A stretch of DNA of 43,698 nt from Candidatus Falkowbacteria bacterium (GTDB lineage Bacteria; Patescibacteriota; Patescibacteriia; Patescibacteriales; UBA12465). The stretch covers positions 1 to 43,698 of the forward strand of contig JBAXJX010000003.1 in assembly GCA_037137655.1 (NCBI GenBank), in the 5' to 3' direction. Positions within the stretch are counted from its first letter, which is position 1. Each line of letters opens with the position of its first letter. Positions 1 through 8,409 of this stretch are shown here, piece by piece. The translations under genes were made by a program, and so were the position numbers. The notes below the pieces were generated by a model, which had not been told where the DNA came from, made no database searches, and saw only the letters and a program-made list of their open reading frames with translations.

Positions 1-71
1 GTTAAGTTAATATTGTGCTAATATATAAGTATAATAATTAACTGCCCAAACTTCGGTTTGGCACAAAAAAC

Positions 72-266
72 ATGAAAACATTAAATGTTATCGCGTTGGT
101 GTTGGTTATCGTCGGTGGCTTAAATTGGTTATTAGTTGGCTTGTTCAACTTTGACCTAGTAGCAGCAATCTTTGGTAACATGTCAATTTTGAGCCGAGTA
201 GTTTATTCTTTAGTTGGTATTAGTGCCGTAATCGTGGCCACTCAATTACCAAAATTAGCTAAATAA
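72..266 (+). CDS. DUF378-family small membrane protein
   Basis: 64-aa ORF with ATG start. Two hydrophobic helices and a GGLNWLLVG..FNFDLV motif typical of DUF378 (from memory). Terminator follows at 323-352. Confidence 0.75.
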   Translation: MKTLNVIALVLVIVGGLNWLLVGLFNFDLVAAIFGNMSILSRVVYSLVGISAVIVATQLPKLAK

Positions 267-322
267 TATTTAGCTAAAATCTCTGCATGATGATGCGAAA
301 ATATTTCCATCCCGTGCGAATC

Positions 323-352
323 AAAAAAGACGCTTAAATAAGCGTCTTTTTT
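323..352 (+). terminator. Rho-independent terminator
   Basis: Stem aaaagacgctt / aagcgtctttt with loop aaata, followed by a T-run. Confidence 0.7.
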
Positions 353-409
353 GTTCCTCTGGTTGATTTTTTGGGGGTGGGTGGTATAGTTGTAAAGTTA
401 TAATTATTT

Positions 410-754
410 ATGGTAGATCCAGATTTACAAAATGCGTTTAGCCAGCTTCAACCAATAAAGTTAATAGGACAAGCGCAACAGGAAATCGCGAAACATTTAA
501 GTGTTGTAGCGCCTAGTTTATGGGAAACATCCAAGGTTTATATAGTTGGTGTTATTTTAATGATTTTAATAATTAAATTTTGGGAGAGGGGAATTGGTAG
601 TTTGGTATACAATTTTATTTATATAGCTATGGTTATCGTCCTGATTTGGATATTTGATTGGGCTATAATATTTAACTCATGGTTTGAATTTTTATCTGTA
701 TTTTCATATATAGCTACGAGATTTTTACTAGTAAGGTTTGGAATTTGGAAATAA
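410..754 (+). CDS. hypothetical membrane protein
   Basis: 114-aa ORF whose C-terminal two thirds are strongly hydrophobic. Terminator hairpin follows at 786-818. No recognisable family. Confidence 0.5.
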   Translation: MVDPDLQNAFSQLQPIKLIGQAQQEIAKHLSVVAPSLWETSKVYIVGVILMILIIKFWERGIGSLVYNFIYIAMVIVLIWIFDWAIIFNSWFEFLSVFSYIATRFLLVRFGIWK

Positions 755-785
755 ATGGAATGGTTTAATTAAATTAGTATTTATT

Positions 786-818
786 TAAAAAACGAGCTTT
801 TGGCTCGTTTTTTTGTTT
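786..818 (+). terminator. Rho-independent terminator
   Basis: aaaaaacgagc-ttttg-gctcgttttttt hairpin plus T-run. Confidence 0.6.
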
Positions 819-991
819 GTTTTGCTTTTTCAGTTTGAAAATGGTAGAGTTATTATATAAAATTAAGTATTTTGTAGAAAAAAATATGCCGTAGTAATGG
901 TCGGCAAAATATCAAATATTGTTAAATAAGTAATCCAATATTAGCAAGGACGATTTTAATAATTTTCTCAATCAAGTTAGAGTCAAATAGT

Positions 992-2008
992 ATGGAAGAA
1001 TTTTCAAATATAGAAAATAGGAGGTATATAGGAAGTAAAACTAAATTAAGAAGCTGGATTTTCTCTCTAATTGAAAAAAATTGTGAGGGGAGAGTTTTTG
1101 TTGACCTTTTTGCTGGAACAGGTGTTATTGGAGCAGAAGCATCAAAAAAATTTAAGTCCATTACACTAAATGATATCCTTTATTCTAATATAATTAGTTA
1201 TAATGCATTTTTTAAAGAAGGTGCTTTTGACGTTAAAAAAATATCAAGAATAATTGATAGATACAACAAGATAGACCCATTACTTTTAAAGGAAAATTAT
1301 TTTTCTAAAAACTTTGGAGGAAAATATTTTTCAGAAGAAAATGCTCGCCTCATAGGTTATATAAGGGAGGATTTAAAAAGAAATAAAAAAGAATTATCCG
1401 ATAAAGAATATTCAATAATTCTTACTTCCTTGCTGTATTCTTTGGATAAAATAGCAAATACCGTTGGGCATTATGAAGCTTATATTAAAAAAGAGATTGG
1501 TGATAAAAAATTACGCATTAAGCAAATTAAACCTTTAAAAATTAAAAATGCTACTATTTACAGAGAAGATGCTAATACTCTAGCAAGGAAGATAAAAGCA
1601 GATGTTGTTTATATAGATCCCCCTTATAATTCAAGACAGTATAGTCGTTTTTATCATTTGCTGGAAACTATTGTTAAATGGAATAAGAAAAAGTTATACG
1701 GAGTCGCTTTAAAACCAACCCCTGAAAATTTAAGTGAATATTGCACATCTCGAGCATCAAAAACGTTTGCTGATTTAATTGATAATCTGAAAACAAAATA
1801 CATCGTAGTTTCTTATAATAATACTTATAATTCAAAAAGCAGCTCATCTAAGAATAAAATTAAATTGGAACAAATTAAAAAAATGTTAGAAGAAAAAGGT
1901 GACACTAAGATATTCAAAAAGAAACACCAATTCTTTAATGCCGGTAAAACAGATTTTAATGATCACCAGGAATGGTTATTTATAACTAAGGTTTATGACA
2001 AAAATTAA
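992..2008 (+). CDS. D12-class N6-adenine DNA methyltransferase (first of two)
   Basis: N-terminal RYIGSKTKL. AdoMet motif I is FVDLFAGTGVIG. Catalytic motif IV is VVYIDPPYNSRQY. Confidence 0.85.
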   Translation: MEEFSNIENRRYIGSKTKLRSWIFSLIEKNCEGRVFVDLFAGTGVIGAEASKKFKSITLNDILYSNIISYNAFFKEGAFDVKKISRIIDRYNKIDPLLLKENYFSKNFGGKYFSEENARLIGYIREDLKRNKKELSDKEYSIILTSLLYSLDKIANTVGHYEAYIKKEIGDKKLRIKQIKPLKIKNATIYREDANTLARKIKADVVYIDPPYNSRQYSRFYHLLETIVKWNKKKLYGVALKPTPENLSEYCTSRASKTFADLIDNLKTKYIVVSYNNTYNSKSSSSKNKIKLEQIKKMLEEKGDTKIFKKKHQFFNAGKTDFNDHQEWLFITKVYDKN

Positions 2009-2906
2009 GAGATCGCCATTATTTTATGTAGGTGATAAATATAAATTAATGGAACAACTTATTGAATTGTTTCCTAAAAAGATAAATAGTTTTTATGAAC
2101 CATTTGTTGGGGGAGGGACTGTTTTTCTTAATGTTGAGGCAAAGAATTATTTTTTAAATGATATTGATAAAAATTTAATTAAGTTACATGAGTTATTAAT
2201 TTCTTATTCCGATAAGAAGAAATATTTTTTTAAAGGCGTGGAAAAAATTATATATAAATATAATTTATCTAGGTCTTATAAGGAAAATGTAATCTCAGAA
2301 GAATTTAAAGGCTTATATAAGAAAACGTATTTTGCAAGATTTAATAAAATTGGTTACAACAATTTACGAGAAAGATTTAATTGTGGTCAAGAGCAATCAC
2401 AATCACAATCACAATTAGAATTATATATTTTATTAATATATGGCTTTAATAGAATGCTTCGATTCAATAGTAATGGTCATTTTAATTTGCCGGTAGGCAA
2501 TGTAGATTTCAATAAGAACGTAGTAAATGCTTTGGATGATTATTTTGACACAGTTAAATCAAAGAAGATTAATTTTTCAAGCTTAGATTTTAGAAAATTT
2601 CCGAAGGCTAAATATAAAAAAGATGACTTCGTATATGTAGATCCGCCATATTTAATTACATTTAGTGAATATAATAAATTTTGGGACAATGACACTGAAA
2701 AAGACTTATTAGATTATTTAGATAACTTAAATGAGAGCGGAGTAAAATTTGCCCTTTCAAATGTAACCCACTATAGGGGTAAAAAAAATAAGTATTTAAT
2801 TAATTGGATGAAAAAATATAATATACACCCAATTCGAAGTAATTATATTAGTTATCATAACAATTCAGTCAAGGATATAAAAGAAGTATTAGTAACAAAT
2901 TATTAG
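1995..2906 (+). CDS. D12-class N6-adenine DNA methyltransferase (second of two)
   Basis: FYVGDKYKL, then EPFVGGGTVF (motif I), then FVYVDPPYLITFSEY (DPPY motif IV). Overlaps the upstream methyltransferase by 14 nt, which suggests translational coupling. Confidence 0.85.
   Translation: MTKIKRSPLFYVGDKYKLMEQLIELFPKKINSFYEPFVGGGTVFLNVEAKNYFLNDIDKNLIKLHELLISYSDKKKYFFKGVEKIIYKYNLSRSYKENVISEEFKGLYKKTYFARFNKIGYNNLRERFNCGQEQSQSQSQLELYILLIYGFNRMLRFNSNGHFNLPVGNVDFNKNVVNALDDYFDTVKSKKINFSSLDFRKFPKAKYKKDDFVYVDPPYLITFSEYNKFWDNDTEKDLLDYLDNLNESGVKFALSNVTHYRGKKNKYLINWMKKYNIHPIRSNYISYHNNSVKDIKEVLVTNY
2394..2415 (+). repeat. in-frame hexanucleotide repeat (CAATCA) x3.7 inside the second methyltransferase
   Basis: caatcacaatcacaatcacaat encodes QSQSQSQ. 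Confidence 0.9.
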
Positions 2907-2924
2907 GGTTTATTAAATAGTTAT

Positions 2925-4463
2925 ATGAAAAAAATCAAGCAAATGAAATCAGAATATAAACCTTTATTATTTACAACAACCGTGAGAAATCCGGAACGTA
3001 TAAAACTATTTTTAACGGTATTAAAAAAATATAACAATGATATTTTGACTAATGATTTGGCTGAAAAAATAGAAGGAGATCTTATTCGGTTTGGTCTTTA
3101 CCGGCCGATTAAAGTTAGTCAAATAATTAAAAATAAATTTAAGAATTCTGAAAATCTTACTAACGAAGAAGTGCTTGATGTATTAGCTGATAACCCTCAG
3201 GACCACAAAGAGGCAGGGTTCAAGAAGGGGTGGGCGTCAAGATTCGATACTCATTTTAAAATTGCAAAAGAATTAGGTTTTGTTTTTTATAGAATGGATG
3301 AGTCTATTAAATTTTCAGATATTGGACTTAAATTTGCTGACAATGAACATCCTGAATTTGAGCAGCAAGCCTTTCTTAATGCTTTTGTAAAATATCAATC
3401 AAACAACCCTTTCAGGAGAGTTTTAAACGAGAATGTTCCATTAGTATTGTTATTATCTGTAATAAAAAAAATTGATAATGATAAGGAATATAATGATAGC
3501 GGCATATCGAGATTGGAATTACCACTTATTCTTTGTTGGAGGGGTAATGACGCGGAGTCTTTGTACCAAAAAATTAAAGAAATAAGAACAAAATATAAAT
3601 ACCAGCCGAGCTCCGAAGTTATATTGGAAATTTGTGATGAATTAATTGGAGGGAGACATAATTCTCAAAAGGACAAGACTATTATGTCAGAATTACCAGA
3701 TGAATTTATCAGAAAAATGAGATTGACTGGTTTGATTACAATTAGAGGATATGGGAAATTTATTGATTTAAATAAGAAAGAACTAGCTAAGATTGATTAT
3801 GTAATTAGTAAGTATTCATCATATGAAAAATATGATGATGAAGAGTCTTATTTTAATCACTTAGCTGAAATCGACGAAGAGTTGTTATCGCTGGGTCAAG
3901 CTGGGAAAACTAATATCGAGGAAGAAAATAAATTATTATCTCAATGGGTTAAACATTATGAGTGGCAAAAAATTAAGGAAGAAATTCTAAGTCTTACAAA
4001 AACAAATTTTTCATCAAAAGATGAGGTTCTAAAGTTTATCCCAGCCCCATTAAGATTGGAATTTCTTATATCACTGGCCGTTCTTAATAAATACCCTTTA
4101 ATAAAAATTGTTCCAAATTATATTTCAGATGACTCTGGGTTACCATCTTCACATGCACCCGGAAATAACGCAGATATAGAATGTTATGAGGGTGAACATT
4201 GTAGTCTTTTGGAGGTCACGCTTTTAAATGGTACGGTTCAAGTTAACAGAGAGATGCCTCCGATTAGTAGACATTTATCTGAAAGTAAATTAAGGAACAA
4301 TCAAAGTGTGTCATTTTTTATAGCTCCAAAGATTCACGCAGACACTATCAAGTGGATTGAGTTTATAGAATATAAAGATAAATTAACAATATTCGCATTT
4401 TCCATTGAAGAATTTATTCTAAAATTGGAAGCAAACGAGCATACTTTATATCAATCTAGATAA
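2925..4463 (+). CDS. putative Type II/IIS restriction endonuclease, AlwI/PleI/MlyI-family-like
   Basis: 512-aa ORF starting 19 nt after the tandem methyltransferases. The N-terminal FTTTVRNPERIKLFL segment resembles RE_AlwI family members as I remember them. The size fits that family. Not verified by search. Confidence 0.55.
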   Translation: MKKIKQMKSEYKPLLFTTTVRNPERIKLFLTVLKKYNNDILTNDLAEKIEGDLIRFGLYRPIKVSQIIKNKFKNSENLTNEEVLDVLADNPQDHKEAGFKKGWASRFDTHFKIAKELGFVFYRMDESIKFSDIGLKFADNEHPEFEQQAFLNAFVKYQSNNPFRRVLNENVPLVLLLSVIKKIDNDKEYNDSGISRLELPLILCWRGNDAESLYQKIKEIRTKYKYQPSSEVILEICDELIGGRHNSQKDKTIMSELPDEFIRKMRLTGLITIRGYGKFIDLNKKELAKIDYVISKYSSYEKYDDEESYFNHLAEIDEELLSLGQAGKTNIEEENKLLSQWVKHYEWQKIKEEILSLTKTNFSSKDEVLKFIPAPLRLEFLISLAVLNKYPLIKIVPNYISDDSGLPSSHAPGNNADIECYEGEHCSLLEVTLLNGTVQVNREMPPISRHLSESKLRNNQSVSFFIAPKIHADTIKWIEFIEYKDKLTIFAFSIEEFILKLEANEHTLYQSR

Positions 4464-4478
4464 AATTAATTATTTTTT

Positions 4479-4679
4479 ATGCCAAACGAAATTTTTTTTA
4501 CGGCAATCATTGTATTTATAATTTTTGCAATTATTTTTTTAATGTTTTCTAAAAAATTTAGAAAGTCTGTTTTTGGACATATGTTTGATTGGATGGCAAA
4601 AAAAGTGAGCAGGATAGTAATATTTTTTATATTTGTATTTGTAATATTATTGTTCATAAGTTTCTTTGGTTCTAAATAG
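4479..4679 (+). CDS. possible small two-helix membrane protein
   Basis: 66-aa hydrophobic ORF filling the gap between the nuclease and the GmrSD-like gene. In very A+T-rich DNA such an ORF can arise by chance. Confidence 0.3.
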   Translation: MPNEIFFTAIIVFIIFAIIFLMFSKKFRKSVFGHMFDWMAKKVSRIVIFFIFVFVILLFISFFGSK

Positions 4680-4694
4680 TTAATTATTTTTTAT

Positions 4695-6770
4695 ATGAAA
4701 GCAAACGAAGTCCAATTTGTGAGTTTTTTAAGTAATAACCAGCAATTTGTAATTCCTATATATCAAAGGACTTATAGTTGGGGAATTAGCCACTGTCACC
4801 AATTATGGGAAGATATATTAAAAGTGATTAGAAATGATATTTCAGCTCATTTTATCGGGTCTATTGTTTATGTTAGCGATGGCTTGTATACAGTAGCAGA
4901 GACTCCAAGTTATTTAGTTATTGATGGACAACAAAGGTTAACAACTTTGTCTTTATTATTCTTGGCAATGAAAAAAGTTCTTAGTACTAAAAATGACTTT
5001 ACTGTAAATGAGCGACAAATTAGTACTCAATTTCTTATTAATGAATTTGCTCCTGAAAATAAAAAAAATAAACTTTGTTTAACGCAAAGCGATAAGGTTG
5101 TTTTTGAAAAAATTCTTAATAATCAGCGACTAGATGAAGGCGACACGAAAAGTAAAGTATGGCAGAATTATGACTTTTTTCTTGAACAAATAAACAAATC
5201 AAATATTAACATTGATGATTTATACGGAGGAATTAGACGTTTGATTATTGTTAATATTATTTTAGACAGGAATAATGATAATCCTCAATTAATTTTTGAA
5301 AGTTTAAATTCAACAGGACTTGATTTGTCTCAATCTGATTTAATCAGAAATTATATATTAATGGGGTTAGAAAGTGATCTCCAGAATCAAATATATAATA
5401 GCTACTGGTTGCCTATGGAAAAAATATTTAAGCAATCACAAAATGAAAAAAAATTTGATTATTTTATGAGAGCTTATTTAACTTTAAAAATGAAGGCTAT
5501 TCCTAAATTGGAAGAGGTTTATGCTACTTTTAAACAGTATTCATATAAAAAAGATATTGAAGAAATAACATCAGATGTTTTTAAATTTTTTGAATACTAT
5601 TCAAATATTGAGTTGAATTGTGAGCCAGACAAGGATATTAAAAAAATATTTACCGATATCCAGACACTAAGGGTTGATGTTTCTCATCCATTTTTATTGT
5701 GTGTTTATAATGATTATAAAGACAATATTATTAATAAAGATGAATTTACTCAGATACTTAAACTAATTGAAAGTTACGTTTTTAGAAGAGCTGTCTGCGG
5801 CGTTCCTACGTCATCTTTAAACAAAACTTTTGCCTCTCTATATAGCGAGATTACCAAAGAGAATTATGTTGAGAGCCTGCAGGCAGTTTTAATGTTGAAA
5901 GATAGCTACCGTAGATTTCCAAAAGATATTGAATTTAAAAATGAAATTATCAATAAAGATATATATCACTTTAGAAGTAGTTTATATTTACTATTTAAAA
6001 TTGAAAATAAGCTAAATCACAACAGGACTGAGCTTGATATAAAGCGATTAAGTATTGAGCATATAATGCCACAGGAGCTTACAAGGATTTGGATAGATGA
6101 TTTAGGGGATGATTTCAAAAGAGTCCACGAACAATACTTGCATAAGCTGGGTAATTTAACTCTTACTGGTTTTAATCAGGAAATGAGCAATAAATCTTTT
6201 AAAGAAAAGAAACGGGATGGCTTTGAAAACAGCGGAGTCTTTATGAATAAAGAATTGTTAGAGTTAGACAAATGGGATGAGGAAAAAATTGTAAAACGTG
6301 CTGAAAAACTTAGCAATCTAATTACTTCAATTTGGGAAAGCCCAAAACTAAGTGATGAAGTTGTTTTTAAGTATAAAAAGGTGGTGGAGAAAGAGGATAT
6401 TGATTATAGTGTCGATGACTATGAACACCTAAAGGGTGATATGCTCGATTTATTTAATAAATTAAGAAATGAAATTATAAATCTCGACTCATCTTTGGTT
6501 AGGGAAGAATTTAAAAAACTATATATTGCATATAAAGTTAATACTAATTTTGTTGATATTGTTCCGCAGGCCAAAAGGTTACGCCTTTCATTAAATATGT
6601 CTTTTCGGGATATTAATGATCCGAGAGGGCTTTGTAGAGATGTTTCAAATGTTGGTCGCTGGGGAAACGGCGACGTTGAGGTCGGCCTATCAAATATCAA
6701 TGACATCCTGTATGTTATTGGTCTTATTCGTCAAGCATTTGATAGACAAATGAATTCCGAGGAAGTTTAA
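4695..6770 (+). CDS. GmrSD-like DUF262/DUF1524 nuclease (candidate Type IV modification-dependent restriction enzyme) with an extra C-terminal domain
   Basis: DUF262 motifs FVIPIYQRTYSW and VIDGQQRLTTL. DUF1524 His-Me finger-like motifs SIEHIMPQ and HKLGNLTL. About 130 further C-terminal residues (NFVDIVPQAKRLRLSL...GRWGNGDVEV) are of unassigned family. Confidence 0.8.
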   Translation: MKANEVQFVSFLSNNQQFVIPIYQRTYSWGISHCHQLWEDILKVIRNDISAHFIGSIVYVSDGLYTVAETPSYLVIDGQQRLTTLSLLFLAMKKVLSTKNDFTVNERQISTQFLINEFAPENKKNKLCLTQSDKVVFEKILNNQRLDEGDTKSKVWQNYDFFLEQINKSNINIDDLYGGIRRLIIVNIILDRNNDNPQLIFESLNSTGLDLSQSDLIRNYILMGLESDLQNQIYNSYWLPMEKIFKQSQNEKKFDYFMRAYLTLKMKAIPKLEEVYATFKQYSYKKDIEEITSDVFKFFEYYSNIELNCEPDKDIKKIFTDIQTLRVDVSHPFLLCVYNDYKDNIINKDEFTQILKLIESYVFRRAVCGVPTSSLNKTFASLYSEITKENYVESLQAVLMLKDSYRRFPKDIEFKNEIINKDIYHFRSSLYLLFKIENKLNHNRTELDIKRLSIEHIMPQELTRIWIDDLGDDFKRVHEQYLHKLGNLTLTGFNQEMSNKSFKEKKRDGFENSGVFMNKELLELDKWDEEKIVKRAEKLSNLITSIWESPKLSDEVVFKYKKVVEKEDIDYSVDDYEHLKGDMLDLFNKLRNEIINLDSSLVREEFKKLYIAYKVNTNFVDIVPQAKRLRLSLNMSFRDINDPRGLCRDVSNVGRWGNGDVEVGLSNINDILYVIGLIRQAFDRQMNSEEV

Positions 6771-6893
6771 CAACCAACTCTCATGCTATCCAAATAAGAT
6801 TTTCTAAAATACATACAATGTCACTTCTAAATCTAATTATTTTACATATGATTTATAAAAATTAAATTTAGAGATTAAATAATTTTTAAAAAT

Positions 6894-7154
6894 ATGGCCT
6901 TTTCAGGTTCAGTCAAAGAGATGGAAAAATACAACTTAGTTGAAAATAGTAATGTTAAGGCCAGAAAAGATGTCCGGTCGCTAAAGGCGATGAATAATGA
7001 CTTTATTAATGATACATTTAGCGCCGCTGAATTAAAAAGAAAATTTAGCTTGAGTGATATTGAAATTGAGCATATAGAATCGTGCAGTAGTCTTGGAAAA
7101 ATAAGATATAATAAGATAAGAGTTTTTAATTTTATTAAAAACAATATTAAATAG
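6894..7154 (+). CDS. hypothetical protein
   Basis: 86-aa ORF on the same strand as the flanking genes. No recognisable motif. A 114-aa antisense ORF competes with it. Confidence 0.35.
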   Translation: MAFSGSVKEMEKYNLVENSNVKARKDVRSLKAMNNDFINDTFSAAELKRKFSLSDIEIEHIESCSSLGKIRYNKIRVFNFIKNNIK

Positions 7155-7178
7155 TTTATAAAACTACAAATTATATTT

Positions 7179-7571
7179 ATGTCCATAAAAATCTTATTTT
7201 TCAACATTGTAATTCCCATATCTAATTTTTCTAAATGTAAAGATATAAAAAATCTTGCCGGAGCGATAAAATTTTACGAAAAACAAAACAAAGGGAAATC
7301 TATTTGGTACGATGATCATCTTTTCACACTTGGTGGGATAATGAATCAAGATGATGTTGAAAATGAAATTAAACAATTAGAAGAAGCCGGGCTTAATCTG
7401 TACAAATTAAACTCAAACGAACAGGAATATGATGACTTGTGTGCGGTTAGTATGATTGATGGTTTACCACTTCAATGTTCATGGTTGGATTGCCATACAG
7501 ATCCGTATTCAGTATCTTATGTCTGGCTTAAGGGCCATGAAGAGGGTTCAATTATTCACCCTAAAATATAA
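7179..7571 (+). CDS. hypothetical protein
   Basis: 130-aa ORF with no recognised family. The true start could be an internal Met. Confidence 0.4.
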   Translation: MSIKILFFNIVIPISNFSKCKDIKNLAGAIKFYEKQNKGKSIWYDDHLFTLGGIMNQDDVENEIKQLEEAGLNLYKLNSNEQEYDDLCAVSMIDGLPLQCSWLDCHTDPYSVSYVWLKGHEEGSIIHPKI

Positions 7572-7593
7572 TTTATGAAAAATTTAAATTAAT

Positions 7594-8067
7594 ATGGACA
7601 ACATAACTTTTGCGAGAAATTTAGTGAAGGGAAGAATTGCCGAAACAATTTTTGCTTAAATGCTTAGAGAGACTAAAGAATTTACTGTTCTAGAATTTGG
7701 TTATGAAAAAATTATTCCAGAGATAGTTCAACAAGGACATAAAGAGGATACTGCTATTATTGAAACTTTGCGTACCGCACCTGACTTTGCGGTTATTAAT
7801 CGTAATACTAAGGAGGTTAGACTTATTGAAGTTAAATATAGGGCGCACCTTAATTTTGATGACATTTTAATGATTGTAAAAAGAATGCATCAATCATGGA
7901 ATCCATCTTATCTTTTTGTGGCAACTTTGGATGGTTTTTATTTTGGTGAAATTAATACCATTATTAAAAATAATGGCAAAATATCAAAACTTAAACATCC
8001 TCAAATTAGCCCTGAATTACAATCCGAATATTTAAAAATTTTAATAGATTTTGAAAAAAATAATTAA
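7594..8067 (+). pseudogene. PD-(D/E)xK-type nuclease-fold gene interrupted by one in-frame TAA
   Basis: ATG 7594 encodes MDNITFARNLVKGRIAETIFA. TAA at 7657-7659 is in frame and immediately followed by ATG 7660 (MLRETKEFTVLEFGYE...). The downstream part carries APDFAV...VRLIEVKYR, a PD...ExK signature. The upstream GRIAE helix is the usual first helix of this fold. Confidence 0.5.
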
Positions 8068-8079
8068 AACTCAAACCAT

Positions 8080-8241
8080 ATGTCCCCAAAAATACAACAA
8101 TTAAAATCAAAATGGTCGGATAAGTATCTTTGCAAATTAGCGCTGCTGGATCACTTGCGTGAATGTTTAGAAAAAGATAATTATCTAAAGGCGACTGACG
8201 CTCCAAAAAGTTCCGAGGGCTATAAAAATTTAGATAAATAA
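8080..8241 (+). CDS. possible small protein (53 aa)
   Basis: ATG 8080 to TAA 8239-8241, encoding MSPKIQQLKSKWSDKYLCKLALLDHLRECLEKDNYLK.... Below the ORF-track length cutoff. No family support. Confidence 0.25.
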   Translation: MSPKIQQLKSKWSDKYLCKLALLDHLRECLEKDNYLKATDAPKSSEGYKNLDK

Positions 8242-8409
8242 TTAATGGATTTAAAAATAATCTTAGATTTTTATTTTGATGATAAGAACGATTTACGTGA
8301 AGAGAGAATTGATAAGTTTTTGGAAAAATTAAATAAATAAAAATATTTTTTGAACTGTTCTATTATATTAAATATTAGTAAATGTTTTAATAATTTAAAA
8401 ATAAAAATT

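Noticed and set aside
922-1161. 79-aa minus-strand ORF overlapping the start of the first methyltransferase
   Set aside because: It is antisense to a motif-supported gene. It is a low-complexity product of A+T-rich sequence with no RBS.
4466-4657. 63-aa minus-strand ORF
   Set aside because: It is the mirror of the plus-strand small hydrophobic ORF in extremely A+T-rich DNA. Its orientation opposes the whole operon.
6419-7376. Minus-strand ORFs 6419-6706, 6875-7219 and 7194-7376
   Set aside because: They overlap the GmrSD-like gene or the plus-strand ORFs. They have no motifs and are typical antisense artefacts of A+T-rich sequence.
8006-8206. 66-aa minus-strand ORF
   Set aside because: It overlaps the 3' end of the PD-(D/E)xK gene and the plus-strand 53-aa ORF. 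It has no RBS or family support.
8350-8409. N-terminal extensions offered by the ORF track (8350 for the PAS gene, 16859-16978 for csp, 19349 for the helicase, 21814 for the flavoprotein, 38077 for sigma, 38642 for the anti-sigma-like gene)
   Set aside because: The extensions start at TTG or GTG or overlap the upstream gene, and they encode non-conserved hydrophobic junk. Internal ATG starts give proteins that begin where the recognisable domains begin.
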